From assembly GCA_964493945.1 (NCBI GenBank), contig CAZBQG010000001.1, positions 24,815 to 63,281 of the forward strand: 38,467 nucleotides of DNA, given 5' to 3'. Under the pieces are notes generated by a model. It ran no database searches. It saw nothing but the letters and a program-made list of their open reading frames with translations, and was not told where the DNA came from. Positions 1 through 9,012 of this stretch are shown here, in pieces. This DNA is from an uncultured Rhodospirillaceae bacterium (GTDB taxonomy: Bacteria > Pseudomonadota > Alphaproteobacteria > Rhodospirillales > UBA2165). Each line of letters opens with the position of its first letter. The first letter of the stretch is position 1. The translations under genes were made by a program, and so were the position numbers.

Positions 1-15
1 GGTATTAAGGAAATC

Positions 16-789
16 ATGACCCAAATCTTCCAGGACTGGCGCCGCTTGCTGTTGGGTATTCTGGCGATTGCACTCTTCTTTTTTGCGTGGGAGGCGGTCC
101 TCACCTGGGTCATTCCTCTCAACAAATTCATTATCAGCAAGCCCAGCCTTATTTTCACAGGCCTCTTCCGGGATATGGAAAGCGGGCTGATCTGGCGTGA
201 TCTGTTGGCCAGCGGGCGGCCCCTGGTTTTCGGCTTCGGCGCGGCCATTGCCGTTGGCATCCCGATCGGCGTTCTCATGGGCTGGCGCGTGCGGGTCGGC
301 TATTCGCTGGATCCTTTATTGACCGCCCTATACGCCAGCCCCCTGGTGGCCGTGGCGCCGTTGGTGATCATTTTCTTCGGCGTCGGGATTTCGGGCAAAG
401 CCATCCTGATTTTCGTTCTTTGCGTCTTTCCCTTTGTGTTCAATTCCTATGCGGGCGTGCGCTCGGTCGACCCACTTTTGATCAACGCCGTACGCGCCTT
501 TGGCGGCAAGGAGTGGCAGCTCTACCGGATCGTGCTGATCCCCACCGTCCTGCCCTTTGTCATTGCCGGAGCCCGCTATGCCATCGGGCGGGCATTGATC
601 GGCGTCCTGGTGGGTGAGTTTTTCGCTGCCTCGGAGGGGGTGGGATACCGCATCGCCTGGTATGGCGACATGTATGTTCTGGACCGCATGTTCGGCTACA
701 TATTTGCCATCATGGTCATCGCCGTCACCTTCACCGAGGGCATCCGCTGGGCCGAACGTACCGCCTTCCCCTGGCGGGTCGGGCTGTAA
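16..789 (+). CDS. ABC transporter permease (NitT/TauT nitrate/sulfonate/taurine-type family)
   Basis: 257-aa ORF with an AAGGA Shine-Dalgarno (SD) just upstream of ATG-16 and multiple hydrophobic spans. The C-terminal block LIPTVLPFVIAGARYAIGRALIGVLVGEFF aligns with the next ORF and resembles TauC/SsuC-type permease cores. Substrate unknown. The ATPase gene is presumably left of the window. Confidence 0.85.
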   Translation: MTQIFQDWRRLLLGILAIALFFFAWEAVLTWVIPLNKFIISKPSLIFTGLFRDMESGLIWRDLLASGRPLVFGFGAAIAVGIPIGVLMGWRVRVGYSLDPLLTALYASPLVAVAPLVIIFFGVGISGKAILIFVLCVFPFVFNSYAGVRSVDPLLINAVRAFGGKEWQLYRIVLIPTVLPFVIAGARYAIGRALIGVLVGEFFAASEGVGYRIAWYGDMYVLDRMFGYIFAIMVIAVTFTEGIRWAERTAFPWRVGL

Positions 790-803
790 GGGGAGCGGAT
801 GGC

Positions 804-1661
804 ATGGCCGAGTATTCCACATCGGATGAAATGACGGGCGCCGGAAACGAGGTGCTGGATATCAACCGCCCGGGGCTCTGGCAGTCCAATGAACAGATTA
901 TCCTGGGCTCGGCCTTTATTATCGTGACCCTTCTCGCCTGGGAAATCGTGCCCTCCCTCCTCACCCTTTCCAGGGGCATGAAGATGTTTTTGGCGACACC
1001 CTCCGATGTGATCGGTGCCTTTGGCGAGCTGTTCGACTCCGGCAAAATCTGGCCGGCCTTGAGCTTCAGCGCCACGGCTTTCGGTCTGGGGCTGGGCCTC
1101 TCCATCATCGTCGCCCTGCCATTGGGTGTCATCATGGGCCGCTCCCGGCTGCTCAACGACATGTTCGATCCCTTCATTACCGCCATCAACGCGACGCCCC
1201 GCCTAGTGTTTCTGCCCCTGATCCTGATTTGGTTTGGGATCGGCATGTGGTCGGTGATCGTGGTGGTCTTCATCGGGGCCCTGTTTCCCCTTTTGATCAA
1301 CACCTATGAGGGCGTGAAGAACGCCGACCGGGTTCTGATCAATGTGGTCAAATCCTACGGCGCCAGTGAGTGGGAAATTAACAAACTGGTGGTCATTCCC
1401 AATTCCCTGCCTTTCATTATTGCCGGGCTCCGATTGGCCATCGGGCGGGCCGTGCTGGGCGTGGTGGTGGCTGAATTTTTCGGCGGATCATCCAAGGGAA
1501 TCGGAGTCATCATGGTCCGCGCATCGGGCACGTTTCAGGTGGATGTGGTCTTCGCGGGCCTGATCATTTTCATGACCATATCCCTGATCCTGACCGGTGT
1601 GGTCCGCGCCATCGAGGCCCGCTTCAACCGCTGGCGTCCACCCAAGGTAAAGAATTTTTAA
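804..1661 (+). CDS. ABC transporter permease (second subunit, same family)
   Basis: 285-aa ORF 14 bp downstream of the previous one, with a GGGGAG SD. The paralogous block VIPNSLPFIIAGLRLAIGRAVLGVVVAEFF and a multi-span membrane profile match the first permease. Confidence 0.85.
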   Translation: MAEYSTSDEMTGAGNEVLDINRPGLWQSNEQIILGSAFIIVTLLAWEIVPSLLTLSRGMKMFLATPSDVIGAFGELFDSGKIWPALSFSATAFGLGLGLSIIVALPLGVIMGRSRLLNDMFDPFITAINATPRLVFLPLILIWFGIGMWSVIVVVFIGALFPLLINTYEGVKNADRVLINVVKSYGASEWEINKLVVIPNSLPFIIAGLRLAIGRAVLGVVVAEFFGGSSKGIGVIMVRASGTFQVDVVFAGLIIFMTISLILTGVVRAIEARFNRWRPPKVKNF

Positions 1662-1671
1662 ACCCCCGGTC

Positions 1672-1705
1672 AAAAAAAAGACCCAGGCATTGCCTGGGCC
1701 TTTCT
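1672..1705. terminator. Intrinsic terminator hairpin shared by convergent genes (stronger for the minus strand)
   Basis: Stem CCCAGGC (1682-1688) / GCCTGGG (1692-1698) with a 3-nt loop, preceded by A8 (1672-1679) and followed by CCTTTCT. Read on the minus strand, the hairpin is followed by T8. Confidence 0.75.
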
Positions 1706-1723
1706 ATCGCTAAATAGTTGTTC

Positions 1724-2764
1724 CTAGCTGCCGCCCTTTGGCTTGGGAGGCGCTTGCAGGAAATAGCCTTTTTCGCGCAGGGTTTCGCTCAACAGATCCC
1801 TGGCGACGAATTTTTCGATGTCGGGCATGGGCTTGTCTTTTTTCCACAAGCCGCGCTTGATCATGCGCTTCATGCGTCCGGAGAAAAGCTTCTCGAACAG
1901 GCCGGCCGGAATGTCCGGGGAATATTGATCGTGAATTTCCTGCCAGACGATGGTCGCCTGCTTGCGGTCCTTGATGCCGAATTCCTTCATGATAATGCCG
2001 ACCGAGCCATCTTTGTTGGTGCGCAGATATTCGATGGAACTGGCTATGGCGCGGATGAATTTTTTGACCGTACCCCGGTTCTTTTGAAGGAAGCTGGCCC
2101 GGGTCCAGAAGCTGCCGCCGACGCGGGGCAAATACTGGCCGGTTTTCACCAAAATCTTGAAACCCGCCATCTTGGCCTTGGCGGCGGTAGGGAAGGAAAC
2201 AAGAGCAGCCGAGATATCGCCATTGATCAGCCCGGCGATGCGGTCGGCCTCGCTCTGGAAACTGAGGACCTTGTAATCGCGCCCCACCTCCAAATTGAAG
2301 AAACGGCTAAGCGTGATCTCGCCTTCGTCATAATCGGCGGCCCCGGCGCGGCCATAACCGATGGTCTTGCCCTTCAGCTCCTTGACCGATTTGATCTTGG
2401 GATCGACCACAATGGCCCATTGCGAGATGAGGGATTCGCCCACCACATAGCGCAGATCGGCGCCCATCAGCGAGGCCTGAGATCCGCCGCCAGGAATGGG
2501 GAGAAAGTCGATATTGCCGGAAATCCCGGCGGTCACCAAGGCCTTGCCGGTCATGGCGATGGCCTCGGCATCCAGACCTTCTTTTTTGAAGAAGCCCTTA
2601 TCGATGGCGATATAGAGCGGAACGTGGAAACCGCTGCCGCTGAGGGTGCGTCCCACCTTGATCTTGGTTTGCGCCTGAACCGTGGCGGTGATGGCGGAGC
2701 CGGCCATCAGCCCGGCCGAAACCACAAGGGCGAGCGCGAGCGCGAGTAGTTTTTGTCTAAACAT
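1724..2764 (-). CDS. ABC transporter periplasmic substrate-binding protein (NMT1/THI5 - SsuA/TauA-like)
   Basis: Signal peptide MFRQKLLALALALVVSAGLMAGSAITATVQA. Start placed at the ATG at 2764 (GGAGAGG SD 9 nt upstream) instead of ORF-track 2800. The mature part resembles aliphatic-sulfonate/NMT1-type binding proteins. Confidence 0.8.
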   Translation of the reverse strand: MFRQKLLALALALVVSAGLMAGSAITATVQAQTKIKVGRTLSGSGFHVPLYIAIDKGFFKKEGLDAEAIAMTGKALVTAGISGNIDFLPIPGGGSQASLMGADLRYVVGESLISQWAIVVDPKIKSVKELKGKTIGYGRAGAADYDEGEITLSRFFNLEVGRDYKVLSFQSEADRIAGLINGDISAALVSFPTAAKAKMAGFKILVKTGQYLPRVGGSFWTRASFLQKNRGTVKKFIRAIASSIEYLRTNKDGSVGIIMKEFGIKDRKQATIVWQEIHDQYSPDIPAGLFEKLFSGRMKRMIKRGLWKKDKPMPDIEKFVARDLLSETLREKGYFLQAPPKPKGGS

Positions 2765-2966
2765 GATGTTCTGCCTCTCCTGGCAATTGATTAACGTCAA
2801 AATTGTTGATTAACCCCGCTTTCACCAGCGGATGGCTCATTCTAATGCTTCATCCGCACAGAGTTAAAGGAAAAATTGGCGGACGCAGAGCGAATTTATC
2901 TTTCGGTTCAATTCAATTTAACGCATAACCGATAGAGCCAAATATTTCAGAACAAGGGGAGCCGAG

Positions 2967-3416
2967 ATGAACGATAAACCGGACAGCAGCACGGAATGGG
3001 CCGTGGTCAAAGCCACCAAGCCCCGCATCCGCCATACCATGATCCGCTGCAAGGACATGGACAAAAGCATCGATTTCTATACCCGCCTGTTCGGCATGAC
3101 GCTTTATCGCCGGCACGACAGCGAAGGGGGCAAATACACCACCGCGTTTTTGGGGTACGGCGAAGAGCTGGAAGGCTCATGCGTAGAGCTCACTTACAAT
3201 TGGGGCCAGGATGAGGACTATGAACTAGGCACGGGTTTTGGCCATCTGGCCGTCGGCGTGCCCAATATCGTGGAATTTTGCGCCATGCTGGAGGCCGAAG
3301 GCGTCGAAATCCCCCGCCCGGTGGGGCCGTTGAAACATGGCGGGCCCAACGCATCCAACATCGCCTTCGTCAAGGACCCGGACGGCTATATGATCGAGTT
3401 GGGCGAGAGGGCCTGA
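2967..3416 (+). CDS. gloA: Lactoylglutathione lyase (glyoxalase I)
   Basis: 149 aa with an AGGGGAG SD. The blocks RIRHTMIRCKDMDKSIDFYTRLFGM, ELTYNWG, GFGHLAVGV and DPDGYMIEL are the recognisable GloA/VOC-family pattern. Confidence 0.9.
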   Translation: MNDKPDSSTEWAVVKATKPRIRHTMIRCKDMDKSIDFYTRLFGMTLYRRHDSEGGKYTTAFLGYGEELEGSCVELTYNWGQDEDYELGTGFGHLAVGVPNIVEFCAMLEAEGVEIPRPVGPLKHGGPNASNIAFVKDPDGYMIELGERA

Positions 3417-3437
3417 GGGAGGGGATTTGTTTGGCAA

Positions 3438-3459
3438 GGCCGGGCGGTACCGCCCGGCC
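3438..3459 (+). terminator. Perfect 22-nt GC-rich palindrome downstream of gloA (hairpin, no U-tract)
   Basis: GGCCGGGCGGTACCGCCCGGCC is its own reverse complement and lies 22 nt after the gloA stop. It is followed by GGGGGGCG rather than a T-run, so termination function is uncertain. Confidence 0.45.
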
Positions 3460-3631
3460 GGGGGGCGATGATGAGGCAGCAGCCGCCGCGTCAAACTTTG
3501 TCCTCGTTGCTTCGCGCCTGCGGGAAACCTGGACCCGGACGTCTTGTGGAGTCAAATTGGGGAGGGAAAACAAGGAAGTTCGGGGTCGGGTCTTGAATTG
3601 TGAATTTTGCGGCTGCCACATCGTCGTGCCC

Positions 3632-3650
3632 GGCCGGGCCTAGCCCGGCC
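3632..3650. repeat. GC-rich stem-loop sharing its arm sequence with the 3438-3459 palindrome (REP-like)
   Basis: GGCCGGGC (3632-3639), loop CTA, GCCCGGCC (3643-3650). The 8-nt arm is the same one used by the hairpin at 3438-3459. Confidence 0.5.
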
Positions 3651-3696
3651 ATGCCAAGCAAGCTTTCTTCTTCTCGCTTTGCGCCCCCCATCCCGG

Positions 3697-3719
3697 CCTT
3701 CCCCCTCCAGGGGGGAAGG
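3697..3719. repeat. GC-rich stem-loop (9-bp stem)
   Basis: CCTTCCCCC (3697-3705), loop TCCAG, GGGGGAAGG (3711-3719). It lies in non-coding DNA. Confidence 0.5.
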
Positions 3720-3990
3720 TGAAGAGGAGGCCCGTTCATTAATGCTTTGCTCTGGCGCGTGGAGTCTTTTTGGGTTCCCTCAGTCGCCGGGCGGGGGCAT
3801 CCGCCCCCTTGGCTACGCGGCATGCGCCGCGCTCGCGCTTGCGCTCGGCCAAAACCCCGTAAGAGGGGGGCTTTGGTTTCTGCGCCGGGGCAGCGTACGG
3901 CTGGGCTTGCGCCATGCGGTAGAACCCTTTGCCTGGGTTGGAGGGGTGCGCGTGGGCTGCCCGCCGGTTAACGTTATGGCTTGGCGCCCC

Positions 3991-5580
<1,590 letters not shown>

Positions 5581-5657
5581 GTGATCCTGGGATGTTGATG
5601 GCTTAAAATTGTCCTATGATAGCCTCTGCCGTGGGCCCTGGCAAAGAGGAGAGAGAA

Positions 5658-6035
5658 ATGGAAGTCAATATCCCCGAAATTCTGGAAGAGGTGACCGAAG
5701 CCTTCTGGGGATATGAGCGCGCCCTTTTGAGCAATGACGTGGAAGCATTAAAGGATATCTTCTGGAACAGCCTCCACACGCTTCGCTATGGGCTGGGCGA
5801 GGTTCTTTATGGCCATGATGAGATCACCGCCTTTCGCAATTCCCAACGGGGCACCAAGCTGGAGCGGGAAGTCACCCGTCTGGTGGTCACCACCTATGGG
5901 CGGGACTTCGCCACGGCCAATTGCGAAACCAAACGGACTGGAGCGGATATCAAAAGCCGCCAGAGCCATACATGGGTACGCCAACCCGAAGGCTGGCGCA
6001 TCGTCGCCGCCCATGTTTCCGCGCCGGGAACCTAA
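5658..6035 (+). CDS. SnoaL-like / DUF3225 small protein (AtzH / HpxZ-like)
   Basis: Start moved to the ATG at 5658 (AGGAGAGAG SD), giving about 125 aa. The protein MEVNIPEILEEVTEAFWGYERALLSNDVEAL...HTWVRQPEGWRIVAAHVS resembles the NTF2-fold AtzH-like family. Confidence 0.65.
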   Translation: MEVNIPEILEEVTEAFWGYERALLSNDVEALKDIFWNSLHTLRYGLGEVLYGHDEITAFRNSQRGTKLEREVTRLVVTTYGRDFATANCETKRTGADIKSRQSHTWVRQPEGWRIVAAHVSAPGT

Positions 6036-6661
6036 TCGGGCCTGGGCATGGTGAAGATATTGTCTTCGTCGATCATGGCAAAATCCAGGTAGCCGAGGCG
6101 GGCGAGCGGGCGCATTTTTCCCGCATCGATGATTCCGTCATGGATCACCTCGTCGGCCACATGGATGCCCACCACCTGTCCCAACACAACATTGTTGGTC
6201 AGCCCTCTTTTGCTGGGCGGCAGTTGCAAAGTCTGCAAGTAATTGCATTCCAGGGCGATGGGCGAGGCCTTGACGCGGGGTGGCTTGACCTTTTCGCAAG
6301 GTGCCGCCTCCAGACCCGCCTCGGCCATCTCGTCATAGCTGGACGGCATGTGGATGGCCGTGGCGTTCATCTGATCGCGCAGATCATAGGTGCACATATT
6401 AAAGACGAACTCACCCGTTTGTTCTGCGTTGGTCAGGCTGTCCTTGGGCTCTTCCGTGCCTTTTTTGAAGCCGTTGGGGCAATACATGACGCAGGGCGGA
6501 TCGCCGGTCAGGGCATTGAAGAAACTGAAAGGCGCCAAATTGACTTCGCCCTTCGTGCTGATGGTTGAAATCCAGCCGATGGGCCGGGGCACCACCAGCG
6601 CGTTATAGACCGAATGTTTGAAAGGCTCCGGCCGCATGCCGTCCTTGGGGTCGAAATACAT
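6032..6661 (-). CDS. Flavin reductase family protein (FMN-binding split-barrel)
   Basis: 209 aa with a GGAAAG SD. The block VVPRPIGWISTISTKGEVNLAPFSFFNAL..DPPCV is the Flavin_Reduct signature region. Its stop overlaps the stop of the convergent gene. Confidence 0.8.
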   Translation of the reverse strand: MYFDPKDGMRPEPFKHSVYNALVVPRPIGWISTISTKGEVNLAPFSFFNALTGDPPCVMYCPNGFKKGTEEPKDSLTNAEQTGEFVFNMCTYDLRDQMNATAIHMPSSYDEMAEAGLEAAPCEKVKPPRVKASPIALECNYLQTLQLPPSKRGLTNNVVLGQVVGIHVADEVIHDGIIDAGKMRPLARLGYLDFAMIDEDNIFTMPRPD

Positions 6662-6736
6662 GATCGCTTTCCATTATTGCCGAGAACTGCCGTATGGCGC
6701 CGATCTTAGAAGATCAACCCGCGCCGGACCAGGGGA

Positions 6737-7033
6737 TCAGGGTTTTTTATTTTCCCGTTGCTTGGCCGCCTGCTCAAAAAGAAAATCCAGCATGGGCAGC
6801 CCGCTTTTGCCCTTTTTTTGGGTCCGTTTTTTGGAGGCTAAAGCCTTCTTGTCTTCTTTCGCCTTTTCCACCTGGGCCGGACTTAAGGGCTTGATCGGGC
6901 GTGTTGGGCGCGCCGGGCGGCGCACGATGGGGCGTGTGGGCCGGGCAATGCGCATGCGCACTGGCTGGTGCAACAATTGGGGCTCTATGGGGGCGGACAG
7001 GATGGCCGTGGCGATCAGGGCGGAAGCAATCAT
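6737..7033 (-). CDS. Small hypothetical protein: N-terminal hydrophobic segment, Pro/Arg repeat, Lys-rich tail
   Basis: 98-aa ORF filling the gap between two same-strand genes. Codon third positions are GC-biased like the neighbours. It has the signal/anchor-like segment MIASALIATAILSAP and ARPTRPI twice. No SD seen and no family recognised. Confidence 0.5.
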   Translation of the reverse strand: MIASALIATAILSAPIEPQLLHQPVRMRIARPTRPIVRRPARPTRPIKPLSPAQVEKAKEDKKALASKKRTQKKGKSGLPMLDFLFEQAAKQRENKKP

Positions 7034-7056
7034 CAGGCAAGCCTAGCCCAAAAAAA

Positions 7057-7968
7057 TTAAGAACCGGTTTGCGCCGCCCGGCTTTCGGCTCGGATATTGT
7101 AGAAATTTCCGGCTAACATCAAAATCGCGCCCAGCAGGATATAGGCGGAGAAAGGCTCGCCATAAAAGACTATGCCGATAACCGCGATCATGGGCAGGCG
7201 CAGGAAATCGATGGGAATGACCAAAGTCGCGTCCGCCAGGCTGAGGGCCTGCGACATGCAGTAATGGGCGGTGACCGCGGTGAGGCCGATCACCAGGATC
7301 CATGGCAGATCGCCCCAGGCGGGCGTCACCCAGACCAGCGCCGCCGGAATGAGCCCCATCGGCCACTGGATGGCGAACATGTAGAAAACGATGGTCATGG
7401 AGCTGTCGGTCCCGGACAAGGATTTGGTCATGGCATTGGAGACGGCGAAAATCACCGCCGCCGTCAGAACGATCAGGGATCCCTCCTCGATGTCCACCAG
7501 GCCGGGGCGCAGAATGATCAGCACGCCGGCAAAGCCTAAGAGGATAACCACCAATTTCCCCAGGCTCATCTTTTCCTTCAGAAAAATGACCGCGATCACC
7601 GCGAGCCAGATGGGAACGGTGAAATCGAGCGCAAAAACCATGGCCAGAGGGATCAATCCAACGCCGGCGATCCATAAAAGATTGGCGCCGTAATTCGCCA
7701 CATTGCGCATGAAGTGAAGGCCTGGCCGCCCGCTATGCAACCGCACCCGCCCCATTCTGGCACCGATCACCAAGACGATGGCCAGGCCCACGCTGGTGCG
7801 CAAGAAAACGATCTGGAAGGGGCTCAAGGTATCGGACAGTTCGCGGGCCGCAATGGCCATGGCGAGAAAGGATAAAAGCGTTCCCGTCATCCACAGAACG
7901 GCGCCCCGGATGGAGGCGGCATCGCCCCCCTCAGAGGTGGAAAGCGATTGGGGTTCGGCGGGAGTCAT
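7057..7968 (-). CDS. DMT-superfamily transporter (EamA/RhaT-like, 10-TM type)
   Basis: 303 aa and highly hydrophobic. The two-EamA-domain pattern and the blocks FQIVFLRTSVGL and ALSLADATLVIPIDFLRLP are shared with the upstream paralogue. Confidence 0.85.
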   Translation of the reverse strand: MTPAEPQSLSTSEGGDAASIRGAVLWMTGTLLSFLAMAIAARELSDTLSPFQIVFLRTSVGLAIVLVIGARMGRVRLHSGRPGLHFMRNVANYGANLLWIAGVGLIPLAMVFALDFTVPIWLAVIAVIFLKEKMSLGKLVVILLGFAGVLIILRPGLVDIEEGSLIVLTAAVIFAVSNAMTKSLSGTDSSMTIVFYMFAIQWPMGLIPAALVWVTPAWGDLPWILVIGLTAVTAHYCMSQALSLADATLVIPIDFLRLPMIAVIGIVFYGEPFSAYILLGAILMLAGNFYNIRAESRAAQTGS

Positions 7969-7983
7969 GTTCTGGACCAGGAG

Positions 7984-8934
7984 CTAATGACCGGCCTGCT
8001 GGGCGCGGCTCTCGGCTCGGATGTTGAAGTAATTTCCGGCGAAAATCAAAACCGCGCCAATCACAATGGCCGACGAGAAGGCCTCGTCATAAAACAACAT
8101 GCCAATGACCACGATCATGGGCAGGCGCATGAAATCGATGGGGATGACCAGCGTGGCATCGGCAAGCGAAAGCGCCTGGGCCATACAGTAATGTGCGGTG
8201 AGCGCCGTAACGCCGATCAAGACGATCCAGGGCAAATCATGCCAGGGCGGCGTGATCCAGACCATCGTGGCCCCCAAAATTCCGATGGGCCACTGGATGG
8301 CGAACATATAGAAGACGATGGTGAAGGAACTGTCTGTCCTCGACAGCGCCTTGGTCATAACATTCGCCGAGGCAAACCCAACCGAGGCCCCCAAAACGGC
8401 CAGAGAGCCCAGTTCGATCTCCACCAGACCCGGGCGCAAAATAATCAGCACCCCGCCAAATCCGAATATGATCACCACCAATTTCCCCAGCGTCATTCTT
8501 TCGCGCAGGAACAGGACGGCTAAAATGGCCAACCAGATGGGAATGGTGAATTCGAGGGCGAAAACCTGGGCCAAAGGGATCAAACCGACGCCGGCGACCC
8601 ATAAAAAATTGGCGCCGTAATGCACCATATTGCGCGCCAGGTGAAAGCCCAGCCAATGGGTTCTGAATTGTGCCCACTTCATTCTGGAGGCGATGGCGAG
8701 AACGATCACCAGACCGACGGAGGTGCGCAGGAAAACGATCTGAAAAGGATTTAACGTGTTCGACAATTCCCGCGCGGCGACGGCCATGCCGACGAAGGAA
8801 AACAAGGTCCCCACCATCCATAGAACAGCGGTTCGGATTTGGGTGCTAGTGTCCTTGTCCGGGGATTCGGCCAGCTGGGTTTCGGATGATGCCAAGGAAA
8901 TGATCCAGATTGGTGGGCGGGTGGCGCCCGGCAT
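7984..8934 (-). CDS. DMT-superfamily transporter (EamA-like), tandem paralogue
   Basis: 316 aa, 15 bp upstream of the paralogue on the same strand, with collinear similarity along its whole length. Start at 8934 is uncertain because no SD is visible. Confidence 0.8.
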   Translation of the reverse strand: MPGATRPPIWIISLASSETQLAESPDKDTSTQIRTAVLWMVGTLFSFVGMAVAARELSNTLNPFQIVFLRTSVGLVIVLAIASRMKWAQFRTHWLGFHLARNMVHYGANFLWVAGVGLIPLAQVFALEFTIPIWLAILAVLFLRERMTLGKLVVIIFGFGGVLIILRPGLVEIELGSLAVLGASVGFASANVMTKALSRTDSSFTIVFYMFAIQWPIGILGATMVWITPPWHDLPWIVLIGVTALTAHYCMAQALSLADATLVIPIDFMRLPMIVVIGMLFYDEAFSSAIVIGAVLIFAGNYFNIRAESRAQQAGH

Positions 8935-9012
8935 ATCTATACAGATTGGGCCGGTTTGTATAGGCTGGCCGGCAAATCAAGAAAGCTTCAATTCAGACAG
9001 GGGAGGAATTTC

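Noticed and set aside
1718-2749. 343-aa plus-strand ORF covering the binding-protein gene
   Set aside because: It is a shadow ORF antisense to a gene with a clear signal peptide, an SD and family similarity. The composition (Gly/Ala/Asp/Leu-rich, no motifs) is typical of GC-rich antisense frames.
3491-3823. 110-aa minus-strand ORF inside the gloA-prfC gap
   Set aside because: The translation is dominated by palindromic GC repeats (PPWRGKAGMGGA-type strings) and shows no codon bias or SD. It is better explained as non-coding repeats or RNA.
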